Shown: positions 41,381-53,041 of the stretch, in pieces
Layout of the letters: each line of letters begins with the position of its first letter
Position numbering within the stretch: the first letter of the stretch is position 1
Translations under genes and position numbers: made by a program
Assembly: GCF_014197015.1 (NCBI RefSeq)
Contig: NZ_JACIET010000001.1
Coordinates: 2,323,392 to 2,387,391 of the forward strand
Origin: Niveibacterium umoris
GTDB taxonomy: Bacteria > Pseudomonadota > Gammaproteobacteria > Burkholderiales > Rhodocyclaceae
Length of the DNA: 64,000 nt
Direction of reading: 5' to 3'
Notes under the pieces: model-generated
What the model was told of the DNA's origin: nothing
What the model saw: only the letters and a program-made list of their open reading frames with translations
Databases searched by the model: none

Positions 41381-43177
41381 TTACTTTTTCTTCATCGGCG
41401 GCAGGTCGGTACAGGTGCCTTCGAAAACCTCTGCCGTCATGCCGATCGACTCACCCAGCGTCGGGTGCGGGTGGATGGTCTTGCCGATATCCACCGCGTC
41501 ACAACCCATCTCGATCGCCAGCGCGATCTCGCCGATCATGTCGCCCGCGTTGGGGCCGACGATGCTGCCACCGACCACGCGATGTGTCTCTTCGTCGAAG
41601 ATCAGCTTGGTGAAGCCGTAGTCACAGCCGTTCGCGATGGCGCGACCGGACGCTGCCCACGGGAATTTCGCCACGTTGATCTTGCGGCCGCTCGCCTTCG
41701 CTTCGATCTCGGTCACGCCCACCCAGGCCACTTCCGGCTCGGTGTAGGCCACCGACGGAATGATCGTCGCGTCGAAGAAGGACTTCTGGCCGGCTGCCAC
41801 TTCCGCGGCGACGTGTGCTTCATGCACGCCCTTGTGCGCCAGCATCGGCTGGCCGACGATGTCGCCGATGCCGAAGATGTGCGGCACATTGGTGCGCTGC
41901 TGCTTGTCTACCGGGATGAAGCCGCGATCGGTGACATGCACGCCGGCCTTCTCGGCGCCAATCTTCTTGCCGTTCGGGCTGCGGCCCACGGCGGAGAGGA
42001 TCAGGTCGTACTTCTGCTCGTCGGCCGGAGCGTTCTCGCCTTCGAACTTCACCAGGATGCCATCCGGCCGGCAGGTCACACCCACCGTGCGGGTCTTCAG
42101 CATGACCTTGTCGAAGCGGTGCAGGTTCTGTTTTTCCCAGACCTTGACCGCATCGCGGTCGGCACCGGTCATCAGGCCTTCCAGCGCTTCGACCACGTCG
42201 ATGCGTGCGCCCAGCGCGGAATACACCGTCGCCATTTCAAGGCCGATGATGCCACCGCCGATCACCAGCATGCGCTTCGGAACCTGGCGCAGTTCCAGCG
42301 CGCCGGTGGAATCGACAATACGCGGATCGTCCGGCAGGAAGGGCAGCTTCACCGCCTGCGAGCCGGCGGCGATGATCGCCTTCTGGAAGCGGATGACCTT
42401 CTTCTCGCCGCTCAGCTCGGAGCCCGAGCCGGTGGTCAGCGCCACTTCAAGGTGGTAGGCGTCGAGGAACTGACCGTAGCCGCGAACGATATCGACCTTG
42501 CGCGCCTTGGCCATGCCGGCGAGGCCACCGGTCAGCTTGCCGATGACCTTTTCCTTGTGCGCACGCAGGCGGTTCAGATCCACCGTCGGCTTGTCGAAGG
42601 CGACGCCCACGTCGGCAAAGTGCGAGGCCTCCTCGATCACGTTTGCCACGTGCAGCAACGCCTTGGACGGGATACAGCCGACGTTCAGGCACACGCCGCC
42701 CAGTGTCGGGTAGCGTTCGACCATCACCGTCTTCATGCCGAGGTCGGCCGAGCGGAAGGCGGCGGAGTAGCCGCCGGGGCCTGCGCCCAGCACCAGCATT
42801 TCGCACTCGATATCGACTGCGCCGCTGTAGCTGCCGGCAGGCAGCGGGGCCGCCGGAGCTGCTGCAGGAGCCGGGGCGGCAGAGGGCGCTGCGGGCTTCG
42901 GCGCTTCGGCGGCAGCTTGGGAAACTGAGGCAGCAGCAGCCGCTTCCAGCGTCAGCACCACGGCACCTTCGCCTACGCGGTCGCCCACCTTGACCTTGAG
43001 CTCCTTGACGACGCCGGCGGCCGGGCTCGGCACATCCATCGTCGCCTTGTCGGATTCGAGCGTCAGCAGCGCGTCTTCGGCCTTGACGGTGTCACCCGGC
43101 TTGACCGCGATCTCGATGATCGGCACATCCTTGAAGTCGCCGATGTCCGGCACCTTCACTTCGATAATCTGGCTCAT
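41381..43177 (-). CDS. lpdA: Dihydrolipoyl dehydrogenase (E3) with fused N-terminal lipoyl domain
   Basis: N-terminal lipoyl domain ([11 protein letters not shown]) then FAD GxGxxG (LVLGAGPGGYSAA) and redox CLNVGC. GGAGA RBS. Confidence 0.92.
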   Translation of the reverse strand: MSQIIEVKVPDIGDFKDVPIIEIAVKPGDTVKAEDALLTLESDKATMDVPSPAAGVVKELKVKVGDRVGEGAVVLTLEAAAAASVSQAAAEAPKPAAPSAAPAPAAAPAAPLPAGSYSGAVDIECEMLVLGAGPGGYSAAFRSADLGMKTVMVERYPTLGGVCLNVGCIPSKALLHVANVIEEASHFADVGVAFDKPTVDLNRLRAHKEKVIGKLTGGLAGMAKARKVDIVRGYGQFLDAYHLEVALTTGSGSELSGEKKVIRFQKAIIAAGSQAVKLPFLPDDPRIVDSTGALELRQVPKRMLVIGGGIIGLEMATVYSALGARIDVVEALEGLMTGADRDAVKVWEKQNLHRFDKVMLKTRTVGVTCRPDGILVKFEGENAPADEQKYDLILSAVGRSPNGKKIGAEKAGVHVTDRGFIPVDKQQRTNVPHIFGIGDIVGQPMLAHKGVHEAHVAAEVAAGQKSFFDATIIPSVAYTEPEVAWVGVTEIEAKASGRKINVAKFPWAASGRAIANGCDYGFTKLIFDEETHRVVGGSIVGPNAGDMIGEIALAIEMGCDAVDIGKTIHPHPTLGESIGMTAEVFEGTCTDLPPMKKK

Positions 43178-43193
43178 CCTTGAGGTCTCCGGC

Positions 43194-44858
43194 TCAGAGC
43201 AGCACGCGGCGGAAGTCCTGCAGCACGCCGGCGAAGTAAGCATTGAAACGGGCAGCCTCGGCACCGTCGATGACGCGGTGATCCCACGACAGCGACAGCG
43301 GCAGCATCAGACGCGGCACAAAGGCCGAGCCGTCCCACACCGGGCGGATCTGCGACTTGCAGACACCCATGATGGCGACTTCCGGCGCGTTGATGATCGG
43401 CGTGAAGTAGACGCCACCGATACCGCCCAGCGAGCTGATCGTGAAGCAACCGCCCTGCATCTGGTCCGGCTTGAGCTTGCCGTCGCGCGCGAGCTTCGCC
43501 AGTTCGCCCATTTCCTGCGCGATTGCGGAGACGCCCTTCTTGTCCGCATCACGAATCACCGGCACAACCAGGCCGTTCGGCGTGTCGGCAGCGAAACCGA
43601 TGTGGTAGTACTGCTTGAGCACCAGGTTGTCGCCGTCGAGCGAGGCGTTGAAGGTCGGGAACTTCTTCAGCGCCGCAACCGCCGCCTTGATCATGAACGC
43701 GAGCATGGTCAGCTTGACGCCGCTCTTCTCGAGTTCCTTGTTCATCTGCACGCGGAAGGCTTCGAGGTCGGTGATGTCCGCGTCGTCATGGTTGGTGACG
43801 TGCGGGATCTGGACCCAGTTGCGGTGCAGGTTGGCGCCAGAGATCTTCTTGATGCGCGACAGCGGCTTGGCATCAACCGGGCCGAACTTGCTGAAGTCGA
43901 CCTTGGGCCACGGCAGCAGGTTGAGTTCGCCACCACCGGTGACGCCACCGCCGGCAGCGCCCGCCGAACCGGCCGGTACGAGCGCGCCGGTCGAAATCTG
44001 GCTGAACACGCCCTTGATGAAGTTCTGCACGTCTTCGTGCAGGACGCGGCCCTTCGGACCGGTGCCCGGCACCTTGGCGATGTCGACGCCCAGTTCGCGT
44101 GCAAAGCGGCGCACCGACGGGCTGGCGTGCGCCTTGCCGGCCGGCGCGGTGACCGCGGGCGCAGCGGCCACCGGAGCGGCCACGGCAGGCGCCGGAGCAG
44201 CGGCCGGTGCAGGTGCTGCCGCTGCGGGCGCGGCGGCGGCCACCGGCGCCGGAGCGGCAACCGGAGCAGCGCCAGCGGCTTCCACAACCAGGATCAGCGC
44301 GCCCTGCGACACGCGGTCGCCGACCTTGACGCGCACTTCCTTGACCACGCCGGCAACCGGCGTCGGCACATCCATCGTCGCCTTGTCCGACTCCAGCGTG
44401 ACCACGGCCGCATCGGCGGCGACCACATCGCCAACCTTGACGGCGATCTCGATCACCGGCACGTCGGCGAAGTCGCCGATGTCCGGCACGGTCACTTCAA
44501 CCAGCTCACCACCCGCGGCGGGTGCGGCAGCCGGAGCCGGGGCCGCTGCCAACGGGGCAGGCGCCGGAGCGGCGGGTGCCGGTGCTGCTGCGGGTGCGGC
44601 CGGGGCTACTACGGTCGCGGCGGCTTCCAGCACCACGACCAGCGCGCCTTCGGCAACCTTGTCACCGACAGCAACCTTGATTTCCTTGACGACACCGGCG
44701 GCCGGGCTTGGCACGTCCATCGTCGCCTTGTCGGACTCCAGTGTGATCAGCGTGGCCTCGGCGGCGACGGTATCGCCGACCTTCACCGCGATCTCGATCA
44801 CCGGCACGTCCTTGAAGTCACCGATATCGGGGACCTTCACTTCAATCAGTTGGCTCAT
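43194..44858 (-). CDS. aceF: Pyruvate dehydrogenase E2 dihydrolipoamide acetyltransferase (three lipoyl domains)
   Basis: Three SDKATMDVP(S/T)P lipoyl motifs separated by Ala/Pro linkers. Catalytic C-terminus DHRVIDGA. Confidence 0.92.
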   Translation of the reverse strand: MSQLIEVKVPDIGDFKDVPVIEIAVKVGDTVAAEATLITLESDKATMDVPSPAAGVVKEIKVAVGDKVAEGALVVVLEAAATVVAPAAPAAAPAPAAPAPAPLAAAPAPAAAPAAGGELVEVTVPDIGDFADVPVIEIAVKVGDVVAADAAVVTLESDKATMDVPTPVAGVVKEVRVKVGDRVSQGALILVVEAAGAAPVAAPAPVAAAAPAAAAPAPAAAPAPAVAAPVAAAPAVTAPAGKAHASPSVRRFARELGVDIAKVPGTGPKGRVLHEDVQNFIKGVFSQISTGALVPAGSAGAAGGGVTGGGELNLLPWPKVDFSKFGPVDAKPLSRIKKISGANLHRNWVQIPHVTNHDDADITDLEAFRVQMNKELEKSGVKLTMLAFMIKAAVAALKKFPTFNASLDGDNLVLKQYYHIGFAADTPNGLVVPVIRDADKKGVSAIAQEMGELAKLARDGKLKPDQMQGGCFTISSLGGIGGVYFTPIINAPEVAIMGVCKSQIRPVWDGSAFVPRLMLPLSLSWDHRVIDGAEAARFNAYFAGVLQDFRRVLL

Positions 44859-44949
44859 GTGCGTTCCTCGTCGGGACGCGCTCCCCCACGGCGCTTGCGC
44901 GCCGTCGCGGCCGGCTGCAACCGGGCAGCGGCCGCGCGGGGGAGTCGCA

Positions 44950-47628
44950 TCAGGCGGTGATGGGGTTCGGCTTGTTGATGTCGATGCCGTACTTGGCAAT
45001 CGCTTCGGCAACCTTCTCGCGATCGATCGTGCCTTCGTCGGCCAGTGCCTTCAGCGCAGCAACCGTGACCCAGCGGCGATCCACCTCGAAGTGGTTGCGC
45101 AGCGCCTCGCGGGTGTCCGAGCGGCCGAAACCGTCGGTACCCAGCGTGACATAACGACCCGGCACGAAGGGGCGGATCTGCTCGGCGAACAGCTTCACAT
45201 AGTCGGTCGCGGCGATCACCGGGCCACTGGTGTCTTTGAGCAGGCGCTCGACATGCGACACGCGCGGCGTCTCGATCGGATGCAGCAGGTTCCAGCGCGC
45301 CGCATCCTGGCCGTCGCGGGCCAGCAGGTTGAAGCTCGGGCAACCCCAGATGTCGGCTTCGACGCCCCAGTCGGACTTGAGCAGGTCGGCAGCGGCGATG
45401 ACCTCGCGGAAGATCGTGCCGGAACCGAGCAATTGCACGCGCGGCTGCTTGCCCTTGGTAGCGCCGCCCTCGCGGAACTTGTACATCCCCTTGAGGATGT
45501 CGGCCGCGGCACCTTCCGGCATCGCCGGGTGCTCGTAGTTCTCGTTCATCACCGTGATGTAGTAATGAACATCTTCCTGCTCGACATACATGCGGCGCAG
45601 GCCGTCCTGCACGATGACCGCGACTTCGTAGGCGAAAGTCGGGTCGTACGAGAGGCAGTTCGGGACCAGGTTGGCGAGGATCAGCGAGTGGCCGTCCTCG
45701 TGCTGCAGGCCTTCACCGTTCAGCGTCGTGCGGCCGGCAGTGCCGCCCAGCAGGAAGCCGCGCGCACGCGAGTCGCCCGCCGCCCACACCAGGTCCATCA
45801 CGCGCTGGTGACCGAACATCGAGTAGTAGATGTAGAACGGGATCATCGGCACGTTGTGCACCGAGTACGAGGTCGCCGCGGCGATCCACGAACTCATCGC
45901 TCCGGCTTCGTTGATGCCCTCCTGCAGGATCTGCCCTTCGCGGCTTTCCTTGTAGAACATCAGCTGGTCGTGATCCTGCGGCACGTACTTCTGGCCGAAC
46001 TGGTTCCAGATGCCGAACTGGCGGAACATGCCCTCCATGCCGAAGGTACGCGACTCGTCGGGCACGATCGGCACGATGTGACGGCCGATGTTCTTGTCCT
46101 TGAGCAGGGTGTTCAGGATGCGCACGAAGGCCATCGTGGTCGAGAACTCGCGGCCTTCGCCGGAAGCCTTCAGCTGCGCCTCGAAGGCCTCCAGCCCCGG
46201 CGCCTGCAGCGTGTCGCCCTTGGTGCGGCGGCTGGGCAGGTAGCCACCCAGGTCCATGCGACGCTGGCGCATGTAGCTCAGTTCCGGCGAACCTTCTTCG
46301 AACTTCACCAGCGGCATTTCGTCGACCTTGTCGTCGGCGACCGGAATGTCGAAGCGATCGCGGAACCGCAACAGCGATTCGTGCGTCATCTTCTTCTGCT
46401 GGTGGGTGATGTTCTGCGCTTCGCCCGATGCGCCCATGCCGAAGCCCTTGATGGTCTTGGCGAGGATCAGCGTCGGCTGGCCCTTGTGCTCGGTCGCCGC
46501 CTTGTAGGCCGCGAAGACCTTGAAGAGATCGTGGCCGCCGCGGTTCAGGCGCCAGATGTCGTCATCGGTCCAGTCAGCGACCAGCGCCTTGAGTTCCGGC
46601 GTGTTGAAGAAGTATTCGCGAACGTAGGCACCGTCCTTCGACTTGAAGGTCTGGTACTCGCCGTCCACCGCCTCGAGCATGCGCTTCTTGAGGATGCCCT
46701 TGGTGTCACGCTGCAACAGCGTGTCCCAGTGCGTGCCCCAGATGACCTTGATGACGTTCCAGCCGGCGCCGCGGAACTCGGCTTCGAGTTCCTGGATGAT
46801 CTTCGCGTTGCCGCGCACCGGACCGTCGAGGCGCTGCAGGTTGCAGTTCACGACGAAGACCAGGTTGTCGAGCTGTTCGCGGCCGGCCACGCCGATCGCG
46901 CCCATCGAATCGACCTCGTCCATCTCGCCATCGCCGAGGAAGGCCCAGACCTTGCGGCCTTCAGTCTTCGCCAGGCCGCGGTTGTCGAGGTACTTCATGA
47001 AGCGGGCCTGGTAGATGGCCTGCAGCGGCCCGAGGCCCATCGACACGGTCGGGAATTGCCAGAAATCCGGCATCAGCCAAGGGTGCGGGTAGGACGACAC
47101 GCCCTTGCCGGCGGTTTCCTGGCGGAAGTTGTCGAGTTGCTCGTCGGTCAGTCGGCCGAGCATGTGCGCACGGGCATAGACGCCCGGCACCGAGTGGCCC
47201 TGGAAGAAGATCAGGTCGCCGCCATCGGGATTCGAGGGCGACTTCCAGAACCAGTTGAAGCCGACGTCGTACAACGTCGCGGCCGAGGCGTAGGACGCGA
47301 TGTGGCCACCGACGTTGGTGTCCTTGTTCGCACGCACGACCATCGCCATCGCGTTCCAGCGCAGGAAGGCCTGGATGCGCTGCTCGATGTTCACGTCGCC
47401 GGGGTACTTGGGCTGCTGATCCGCCGGGATCGTGTTGATGTAGCCGGTATTGGCGCTGTACGGGATGTCGACACCCTCTTCACGGGCGCCTTCGATCAGG
47501 CGTTCGATCAGGTAGTGGGCCCGTTCCGGACCTTCCTGGGCGAGCACGCCGGCAAGCGCTTCCAGCCATTCCTGGGTCTCGAGCGCATCGGTATCGGACT
47601 GCAACAGCACGTTGGGCAGAGCGGCCAT
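44950..47628 (-). CDS. aceE: Pyruvate dehydrogenase E1 component (homodimeric type)
   Basis: 891 aa, strong full-length match to AceE. AGGAGA RBS. Confidence 0.95.
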   Translation of the reverse strand: MAALPNVLLQSDTDALETQEWLEALAGVLAQEGPERAHYLIERLIEGAREEGVDIPYSANTGYINTIPADQQPKYPGDVNIEQRIQAFLRWNAMAMVVRANKDTNVGGHIASYASAATLYDVGFNWFWKSPSNPDGGDLIFFQGHSVPGVYARAHMLGRLTDEQLDNFRQETAGKGVSSYPHPWLMPDFWQFPTVSMGLGPLQAIYQARFMKYLDNRGLAKTEGRKVWAFLGDGEMDEVDSMGAIGVAGREQLDNLVFVVNCNLQRLDGPVRGNAKIIQELEAEFRGAGWNVIKVIWGTHWDTLLQRDTKGILKKRMLEAVDGEYQTFKSKDGAYVREYFFNTPELKALVADWTDDDIWRLNRGGHDLFKVFAAYKAATEHKGQPTLILAKTIKGFGMGASGEAQNITHQQKKMTHESLLRFRDRFDIPVADDKVDEMPLVKFEEGSPELSYMRQRRMDLGGYLPSRRTKGDTLQAPGLEAFEAQLKASGEGREFSTTMAFVRILNTLLKDKNIGRHIVPIVPDESRTFGMEGMFRQFGIWNQFGQKYVPQDHDQLMFYKESREGQILQEGINEAGAMSSWIAAATSYSVHNVPMIPFYIYYSMFGHQRVMDLVWAAGDSRARGFLLGGTAGRTTLNGEGLQHEDGHSLILANLVPNCLSYDPTFAYEVAVIVQDGLRRMYVEQEDVHYYITVMNENYEHPAMPEGAAADILKGMYKFREGGATKGKQPRVQLLGSGTIFREVIAAADLLKSDWGVEADIWGCPSFNLLARDGQDAARWNLLHPIETPRVSHVERLLKDTSGPVIAATDYVKLFAEQIRPFVPGRYVTLGTDGFGRSDTREALRNHFEVDRRWVTVAALKALADEGTIDREKVAEAIAKYGIDINKPNPITA

Positions 47629-47815
47629 CAGTGCGTTCTCCTTCCTCGTTTGATTCGGACAACCAAAAAGCCCGCCGCCTCGTCGGGCGGCGGTTGCGAG
47701 TTCAGTCCTGAGGCGCAGCCCGGAGGCGCGCCAGCAGTCCTAGCTTAATCCGTGGCGAGAGCGGCAGCCAGCGGCAAAATTCAACGATTTTTCAAAAGAT
47801 AAAACAGCTTCTCGC

Positions 47816-47838
47816 ATTGTGCAATAGAAAATTGCTCA
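47816..47838. promoter_or_regulatory. Near-perfect palindrome TTGTGCAAT-N5-ATTGCTCAA in the aceE/sensor-kinase divergent region
   Basis: Seen directly in the sequence, flanked by an AT-rich tract (47775-47810), in a 583-bp intergenic region. Confidence 0.3.
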
Positions 47839-48211
47839 AACAGGGAAGTCGGGGTTTTCAAACGTTCGTTTGCAAGTCGTTGATGCGACGCAGCATTTTG
47901 CGCGCCGTACATCCAAACGGCGTCACGCACTCTCATCTGGTCGGCCGGCAGCGCCGCTCGGATCGCCTATCGACGCGTTACGCATGCCACCCGGCGAAAC
48001 CCACAAGTCCGTTGTACCCCAAGACCCCCAAAATGCCGCGTCGCACTCGCGTTTCCGCGCGCTCCGACAGGCATTGCCGCAAATTCCCGATGCGCAGATG
48101 GCGTCAAGCGACGCCTCCTCCGCTATCCTTCGCCCATCACGGTCGCAGTAACGTGCCGATACGACGGCACGGCAACCGACCCGCCCCGAGCGCCGGCGTA
48201 TACAACCCAAG

Positions 48212-50929
48212 ATGGCCCTTCGATCCCGATCAGGACAGGACGGCTCAAGCCGCCTGGAACTGTTTTCCACCGCACCCTATGTGGCGGTGGTGGTGTTCGC
48301 GCTCGCAATGCTCGCCGTGGTGTGGATGCTGCAGACGCAGGAAGCGCTGGTCGAACGCAACGCGCTGGGCCGCGACGTCCAGTGGGCTGAGCGAACGATG
48401 CGCACGCATTTCGTGACCAACGAGGATTTCCTCAACGAATTGGCGCGTGACGTGGCGGCGGGCACCATCGACGGCGAAACCTTCCAGATGCGCACCAACC
48501 AGTACCTGGCGAACAACCCGGAACTGCTCAACGTCGTGTGGATCGACGCAGGCGGCAAGGTGCGCTGGTCGGCGCCTTTCGATACCTCCGACTGGTTGCC
48601 CGGCGACACCATGACACCGGCGCAGGGCCAGGTCGCCCGCCACGCGCGCGAACTCGGCCGCGCCGCGTATGGCCAGCCCTACCGCGGCGCCGGTGGGTCG
48701 GCGCTGGTCGAGATCTTCATTCCGGTTCAACGCGGGCGCTCGCCCTGGGGCATGGTCGCCGCCGTCTATTCGGTCGACGGCCTGCTGCATCACCTGGTGC
48801 CCTCGTGGTTTTCCGACAAGTACCGCCTCACGCTGACCGATGGCAATGGCGAGCCGCTCGCCTCGAACGCGACTTCAACCAATGCGACCGACGCAACCCT
48901 CTCATCCCTGATCGTCTTCGACCCGCCCGGCAACGGCCTCGCGCTGCGCGCAACAGCCTTCCGCGGCGATGCGGAATTGCCCTCGGCGCTGCCGGTTTCG
49001 CTGATCATCGGGCTCTCGGTGCTGGTGTTCTGGAGCCTGTGGGCACAGCGCGGCCACATGCTGCGCCGGATCAAGGTCGAGAAGGATCGCGACCGCATCT
49101 TCAACCTCTCGCTCGACGTGCTGTGCACGCTGACGCTGGACGGGCACTACCGGCGCCTCAACCCGGCCTTCGAGCGCATCCTCGGCTACCCGGCAGACGA
49201 CATGATCGGCCGCAAGCTGGTCGATCTGGTGCACCCCGACGATCTCGAATCCGCGCGCGAGCAGATGCAACTGCTCGCAGAGGGCAAGCCCGCCACCTTC
49301 GAAGCGCGCATGGGCTGTTCGGACGGTCGCTACAAATGGCTGGTATGGAGCGCCAACCCGGTGCCCGAAGAGCGGCTGATCTACGCGGTCGCCCACAACG
49401 TCACCGATCGCAAGATCGCGGAAGATGCCTGGCGTGCCGAATCTGCCTTCCGGCGCGCGATGGAAGAGTCGGTGCTGACCGGATTGCGCGCCACCGACAT
49501 GAAGGGCCGGATCATTTATGTGAACCGCGCCTTCTGCGAGCTGACCGGATTCTCGGAATCCGATCTGGTCGGCATCGACGCGCCCTTCCCTTACTGGCCG
49601 GAAGACGAAGTCGACCAGAACCAGCACAACCTCGCCCTGTCACTGGTTGGCGCAGCACCGGTCGATGGCTTCGAGCTGCGCATCCGCAAGAAAGACGGCA
49701 GTTTTGCACTGGTGCGCCTGATGGTCTCGCCGCTGATCGATGCCTCCGGCAAGCAGACCGGCTGGATGGCGGCGATGAGCGACATCACCGAAGCCAAGCG
49801 CATCCACGCCGAACTGGAAGCCGCGCACGAGCGCTTCGTCGCCGTGCTCGATGGCCTGGACACCGCCGTGTATGTGGCCGATGCGCAGAGCGACACGATC
49901 CTGTATGCCAACCGCGCGTTCCTGGCGACCTTCGGCGTCGATGCCGTCGGTCGCACGACCCATCGCCTGCCCTTGCCTCAGCCCGAACTCGGCGACTATC
50001 CGCTCGACCCGCGCCGGCTGTCGCCCGAGCAGCTTCCGCGCGAGCTCTTCGACGGCGAACTACAGCAACCGCTTTCGGCGCGCTGGTACCACGTGCGAGA
50101 ACGTGCCGCCCGCTGGGTCGACGGCCGCGTGGTGCGCATGGCCGTGGCCACCGACATCACCGACCGCAAGACGGTCGAAGAACTCAACCGGCAACAGGAA
50201 GAGCGGCTGCAACGCACATCGCGCCTGATCACGATGGGCGAAATGGCCTCGACGCTGGCGCATGAACTCAACCAACCGCTCTCGGCGATCGCGAACTACA
50301 GTTCAGGTTGCGTGAACCGCCTGCAGAGCGGGCGCTACAAGCCCGACGAGTTGCTCGTCGCCATGCAGAAAGCCGCTCACCAGGCCGATCGCGCCGGCAA
50401 GATCATCCGCCGTGTGCGGGATTTCGTGCGCAAGAGCGAGCCGCGACGCGGCGCTGTGAGGCTGATCGACGTCGTTGAAGATGCCCTCGGCTTTGCGGAG
50501 ATCGACGCACGCAAGCACGGCGCCCGCATCGACAACCGTATCAGCGCCGACCTGCCCGCGATCTACGCCGACCGCATCATGATCGAACAGGTGGTGCTGA
50601 ACCTGGTGAAGAATGGCATCGAATCGATGAAGGACAGCGAAGAGGATCGCCGCACGCTGACCGTCACCGCGCGCATCGTCGAGAACATGGTCGAGGTCTC
50701 GGTGCATGACCACGGCCATGGCATCAGCGCCGAAGACCGCGAGAAACTCTTCAACGCTTTCTACACCACCAAGAGCGACGGCATGGGCATGGGCCTGAAC
50801 ATCTGCCGCTCGATCATCGAATTCCACAACGGGCGCCTGTGGGTGGACAGCAACCCCGAAGGCGGCTCGATCTTCCGATTCACACTCCCGATGGAGAAAT
50901 CCCTTGAACACCTCGGCGAACCTGCCTGA
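48212..50929 (+). CDS. Multi-PAS sensor histidine kinase (FixL-like)
   Basis: N-terminal TM and periplasmic region, three PAS-like blocks, HisKA (MASTLAHELNQPLSAIANY) and HATPase (GMGMGLNICRSII). Confidence 0.85.
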   Translation: MALRSRSGQDGSSRLELFSTAPYVAVVVFALAMLAVVWMLQTQEALVERNALGRDVQWAERTMRTHFVTNEDFLNELARDVAAGTIDGETFQMRTNQYLANNPELLNVVWIDAGGKVRWSAPFDTSDWLPGDTMTPAQGQVARHARELGRAAYGQPYRGAGGSALVEIFIPVQRGRSPWGMVAAVYSVDGLLHHLVPSWFSDKYRLTLTDGNGEPLASNATSTNATDATLSSLIVFDPPGNGLALRATAFRGDAELPSALPVSLIIGLSVLVFWSLWAQRGHMLRRIKVEKDRDRIFNLSLDVLCTLTLDGHYRRLNPAFERILGYPADDMIGRKLVDLVHPDDLESAREQMQLLAEGKPATFEARMGCSDGRYKWLVWSANPVPEERLIYAVAHNVTDRKIAEDAWRAESAFRRAMEESVLTGLRATDMKGRIIYVNRAFCELTGFSESDLVGIDAPFPYWPEDEVDQNQHNLALSLVGAAPVDGFELRIRKKDGSFALVRLMVSPLIDASGKQTGWMAAMSDITEAKRIHAELEAAHERFVAVLDGLDTAVYVADAQSDTILYANRAFLATFGVDAVGRTTHRLPLPQPELGDYPLDPRRLSPEQLPRELFDGELQQPLSARWYHVRERAARWVDGRVVRMAVATDITDRKTVEELNRQQEERLQRTSRLITMGEMASTLAHELNQPLSAIANYSSGCVNRLQSGRYKPDELLVAMQKAAHQADRAGKIIRRVRDFVRKSEPRRGAVRLIDVVEDALGFAEIDARKHGARIDNRISADLPAIYADRIMIEQVVLNLVKNGIESMKDSEEDRRTLTVTARIVENMVEVSVHDHGHGISAEDREKLFNAFYTTKSDGMGMGLNICRSIIEFHNGRLWVDSNPEGGSIFRFTLPMEKSLEHLGEPA

Positions 50930-51527
50930 ACAGACCGTCCATATCGTCGACGATGACGAGGCCCTGCGCGATTCCCTGATCTGGTTGCTTGAATCGGAAG
51001 GCTATGCGGTTGCCACCTATGCCTCGGCGGAAGAGTTTCTCGCCGCCTGGAGCCCCGCGCTGGCCGGCTGCCTGCTGCTCGATGTCCGCATGCCCGGCAT
51101 GAGCGGACTCGAGTTGTACGAAAAGCTGGCGGCCCAGCACTCGACGCTGCCGGTCATCTTCATCACCGGCCATGGCGACGTGCCGATGGCGGTGTCGGCG
51201 CTCAAGAAAGGCGCCGTCGACTTCATCGAGAAGCCCTTCAACGATCAGGACATGCTGCGCCTGATCGCGAACTGCCTCGAAGCGGAGCGCAGTGAGCGCA
51301 CCCAGCGGCGGCAAGACGCCGAGACCGCGCGCCGCCTCGACCAGCTGACCACGCGCGAACGCGAGGTGCTCGACCTGATCGTCGCTGGCCGGCTCAACAA
51401 GCAGATCGCCGACGACCTGGGCATCAGCATCAAGACCGTTGAGGTGCACCGCGCCCGCGTGATGGAGAAAATGGACGTTTCCAGCCTCGCGGAACTGGTG
51501 CAGATGGTGATGAGCGCCGGAAAGTAG
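50904..51527 (+). CDS. FixJ/NarL-family response regulator (REC + LuxR-type HTH)
   Basis: TVHIVDDDEALRDSL receiver and C-terminal LTTREREVLDLIVAGRLNKQIADDLGISIKTVEVHR. Probable TTG start overlapping the kinase by 26 nt. Confidence 0.85.
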   Translation: MNTSANLPEQTVHIVDDDEALRDSLIWLLESEGYAVATYASAEEFLAAWSPALAGCLLLDVRMPGMSGLELYEKLAAQHSTLPVIFITGHGDVPMAVSALKKGAVDFIEKPFNDQDMLRLIANCLEAERSERTQRRQDAETARRLDQLTTREREVLDLIVAGRLNKQIADDLGISIKTVEVHRARVMEKMDVSSLAELVQMVMSAGK

Positions 51528-51587
51528 CCGCCCGTCACCCACGATGGTAGACTGCCCGGTTTTCCTGAATATTCCGGGACTTAGCCC

Positions 51588-52445
51588 ATGACCGCCCGCA
51601 TTCTCGATGGCAAGGCAATCGCCGAACAGGTCCGCGAAGACATCGCCCTGAAGGCAGCCCAACTCACCGCGCAAGGCACCCAGCCCTGCCTCGCCGTGAT
51701 CCTCGTCGGCTCGGACCCCGCCTCGGCGGTGTACGTCCGCAACAAGGTCGCCGCCTGCGAGAAAGCGGGTTTCCGCTCGCTGAAGTTCGAATACGCGGCT
51801 GACGCCCAGCCCGAAACGGTGCTGGCCAAGATCGCCGAACTCAATGCCGACGCGAGCGTGCACGGCATCCTGGTGCAACTGCCCCTGCCCAAGCAATTCG
51901 ATGAAGAGGCCGTGCTCGAAGCGATCGACCCAGCCAAGGATGTCGACGGCTTCCACGCCGAGAACTTCGGCATGCTGCTGCAGGGCCGCGAGAGCTTCTA
52001 CCCCTGCACCCCGTGGGGCGTGATGAAGATGCTGGAAGTCGGCGGCGTTCAGGTACAGGGCGCCGACGCGGTCGTGATCGGCCGCAGCAACATCGTTGGC
52101 AAGCCGATGGCCGTGATGCTGCTCTCCGCCGGCGCCACGGTCACCGTGTGCCATTCCAAGACCAAGGATCTCGCCGGCCATGTGAAGCGCGCCGACATCG
52201 TCGTCGCCGCGGTGGGCCGCCCGAACTTCGTCACCGGCGACATGCTCAAGCCCGGCGCGGTGGTGATCGACGTCGGCATCAATCGCCTGCCCTCGGGCAA
52301 GCTTTGCGGCGACGTCGATTTCGAATCCGCCAGCCAGGTCGCCTCGCTGATCACGCCGGTGCCCGGCGGCGTCGGCCCGATGACGATCACGATGCTGCTC
52401 GGCAACACCCTGCTTGCCGCACAACGCGCGGCCGCCAAGGCCTGA
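51588..52445 (+). CDS. folD: Bifunctional methylene-THF dehydrogenase/cyclohydrolase
   Basis: [18 protein letters not shown]...[17 protein letters not shown]. Confidence 0.92.
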   Translation: MTARILDGKAIAEQVREDIALKAAQLTAQGTQPCLAVILVGSDPASAVYVRNKVAACEKAGFRSLKFEYAADAQPETVLAKIAELNADASVHGILVQLPLPKQFDEEAVLEAIDPAKDVDGFHAENFGMLLQGRESFYPCTPWGVMKMLEVGGVQVQGADAVVIGRSNIVGKPMAVMLLSAGATVTVCHSKTKDLAGHVKRADIVVAAVGRPNFVTGDMLKPGAVVIDVGINRLPSGKLCGDVDFESASQVASLITPVPGGVGPMTITMLLGNTLLAAQRAAAKA

Positions 52446-52522
52446 ACACCCGCCCCCGCGGACATGCGGATGAGGCGTGACCACGCACGCCCATCCGCGA
52501 TCTTGCTTCTCTGGAAGAAAAA

Positions 52523-53017
52523 ATGAACGAACAACCCGTTGTCGGCATCGTGATGGGCTCCAACTCGGACTGGCCGACGATGCAGGCCGCCGCCCGCATC
52601 CTCAAGGAATTCGGCGTGCCTTTCGAAGCGCGCGTCGTCTCCGCCCACCGCACGCCGGACCTGATGTTCGAATATGCCGAAGCGGCGCGCGACCGCGGCC
52701 TGCAGGTGATCATCGCGGGCGCTGGCGGTGCAGCCCATCTGCCGGGCATGCTGGCCGCCAAGACCACCGTGCCGGTGCTCGGCGTGCCGGTGCAAAGCAA
52801 GGCGCTCTCGGGCGTTGATTCGCTGCACTCGATCGTGCAGATGCCCAAGGGCATCCCGGTTGCCACCTTCGCGATCGGCGAAGCGGGTGCGGCCAACGCC
52901 GGCCTCTTCGCGGTTGCGATGCTGGCCAACGAGAACAGCCGCCTGCGGATCATGCTCGACGCCTTCCGCGCCAAGCAGACGCAGAGCGTGCTGGAAATGA
53001 AACTCGACGAAGTCTGA
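52523..53017 (+). CDS. purE: N5-carboxyaminoimidazole ribonucleotide mutase
   Basis: [15 protein letters not shown]...[15 protein letters not shown]. Confidence 0.92.
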   Translation: MNEQPVVGIVMGSNSDWPTMQAAARILKEFGVPFEARVVSAHRTPDLMFEYAEAARDRGLQVIIAGAGGAAHLPGMLAAKTTVPVLGVPVQSKALSGVDSLHSIVQMPKGIPVATFAIGEAGAANAGLFAVAMLANENSRLRIMLDAFRAKQTQSVLEMKLDEV

Positions 53018-53041
53018 ACTTCTCGCCGACGGACTGAGCAG

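Noticed and set aside
43615-47748. 1377-aa plus-strand ORF (and other long frames) antisense to aceE/aceF
   Set aside because: Low-complexity Ala/Arg/Gly-rich translation typical of antisense frames in high-GC DNA. The opposite strand encodes unmistakable AceE/AceF.
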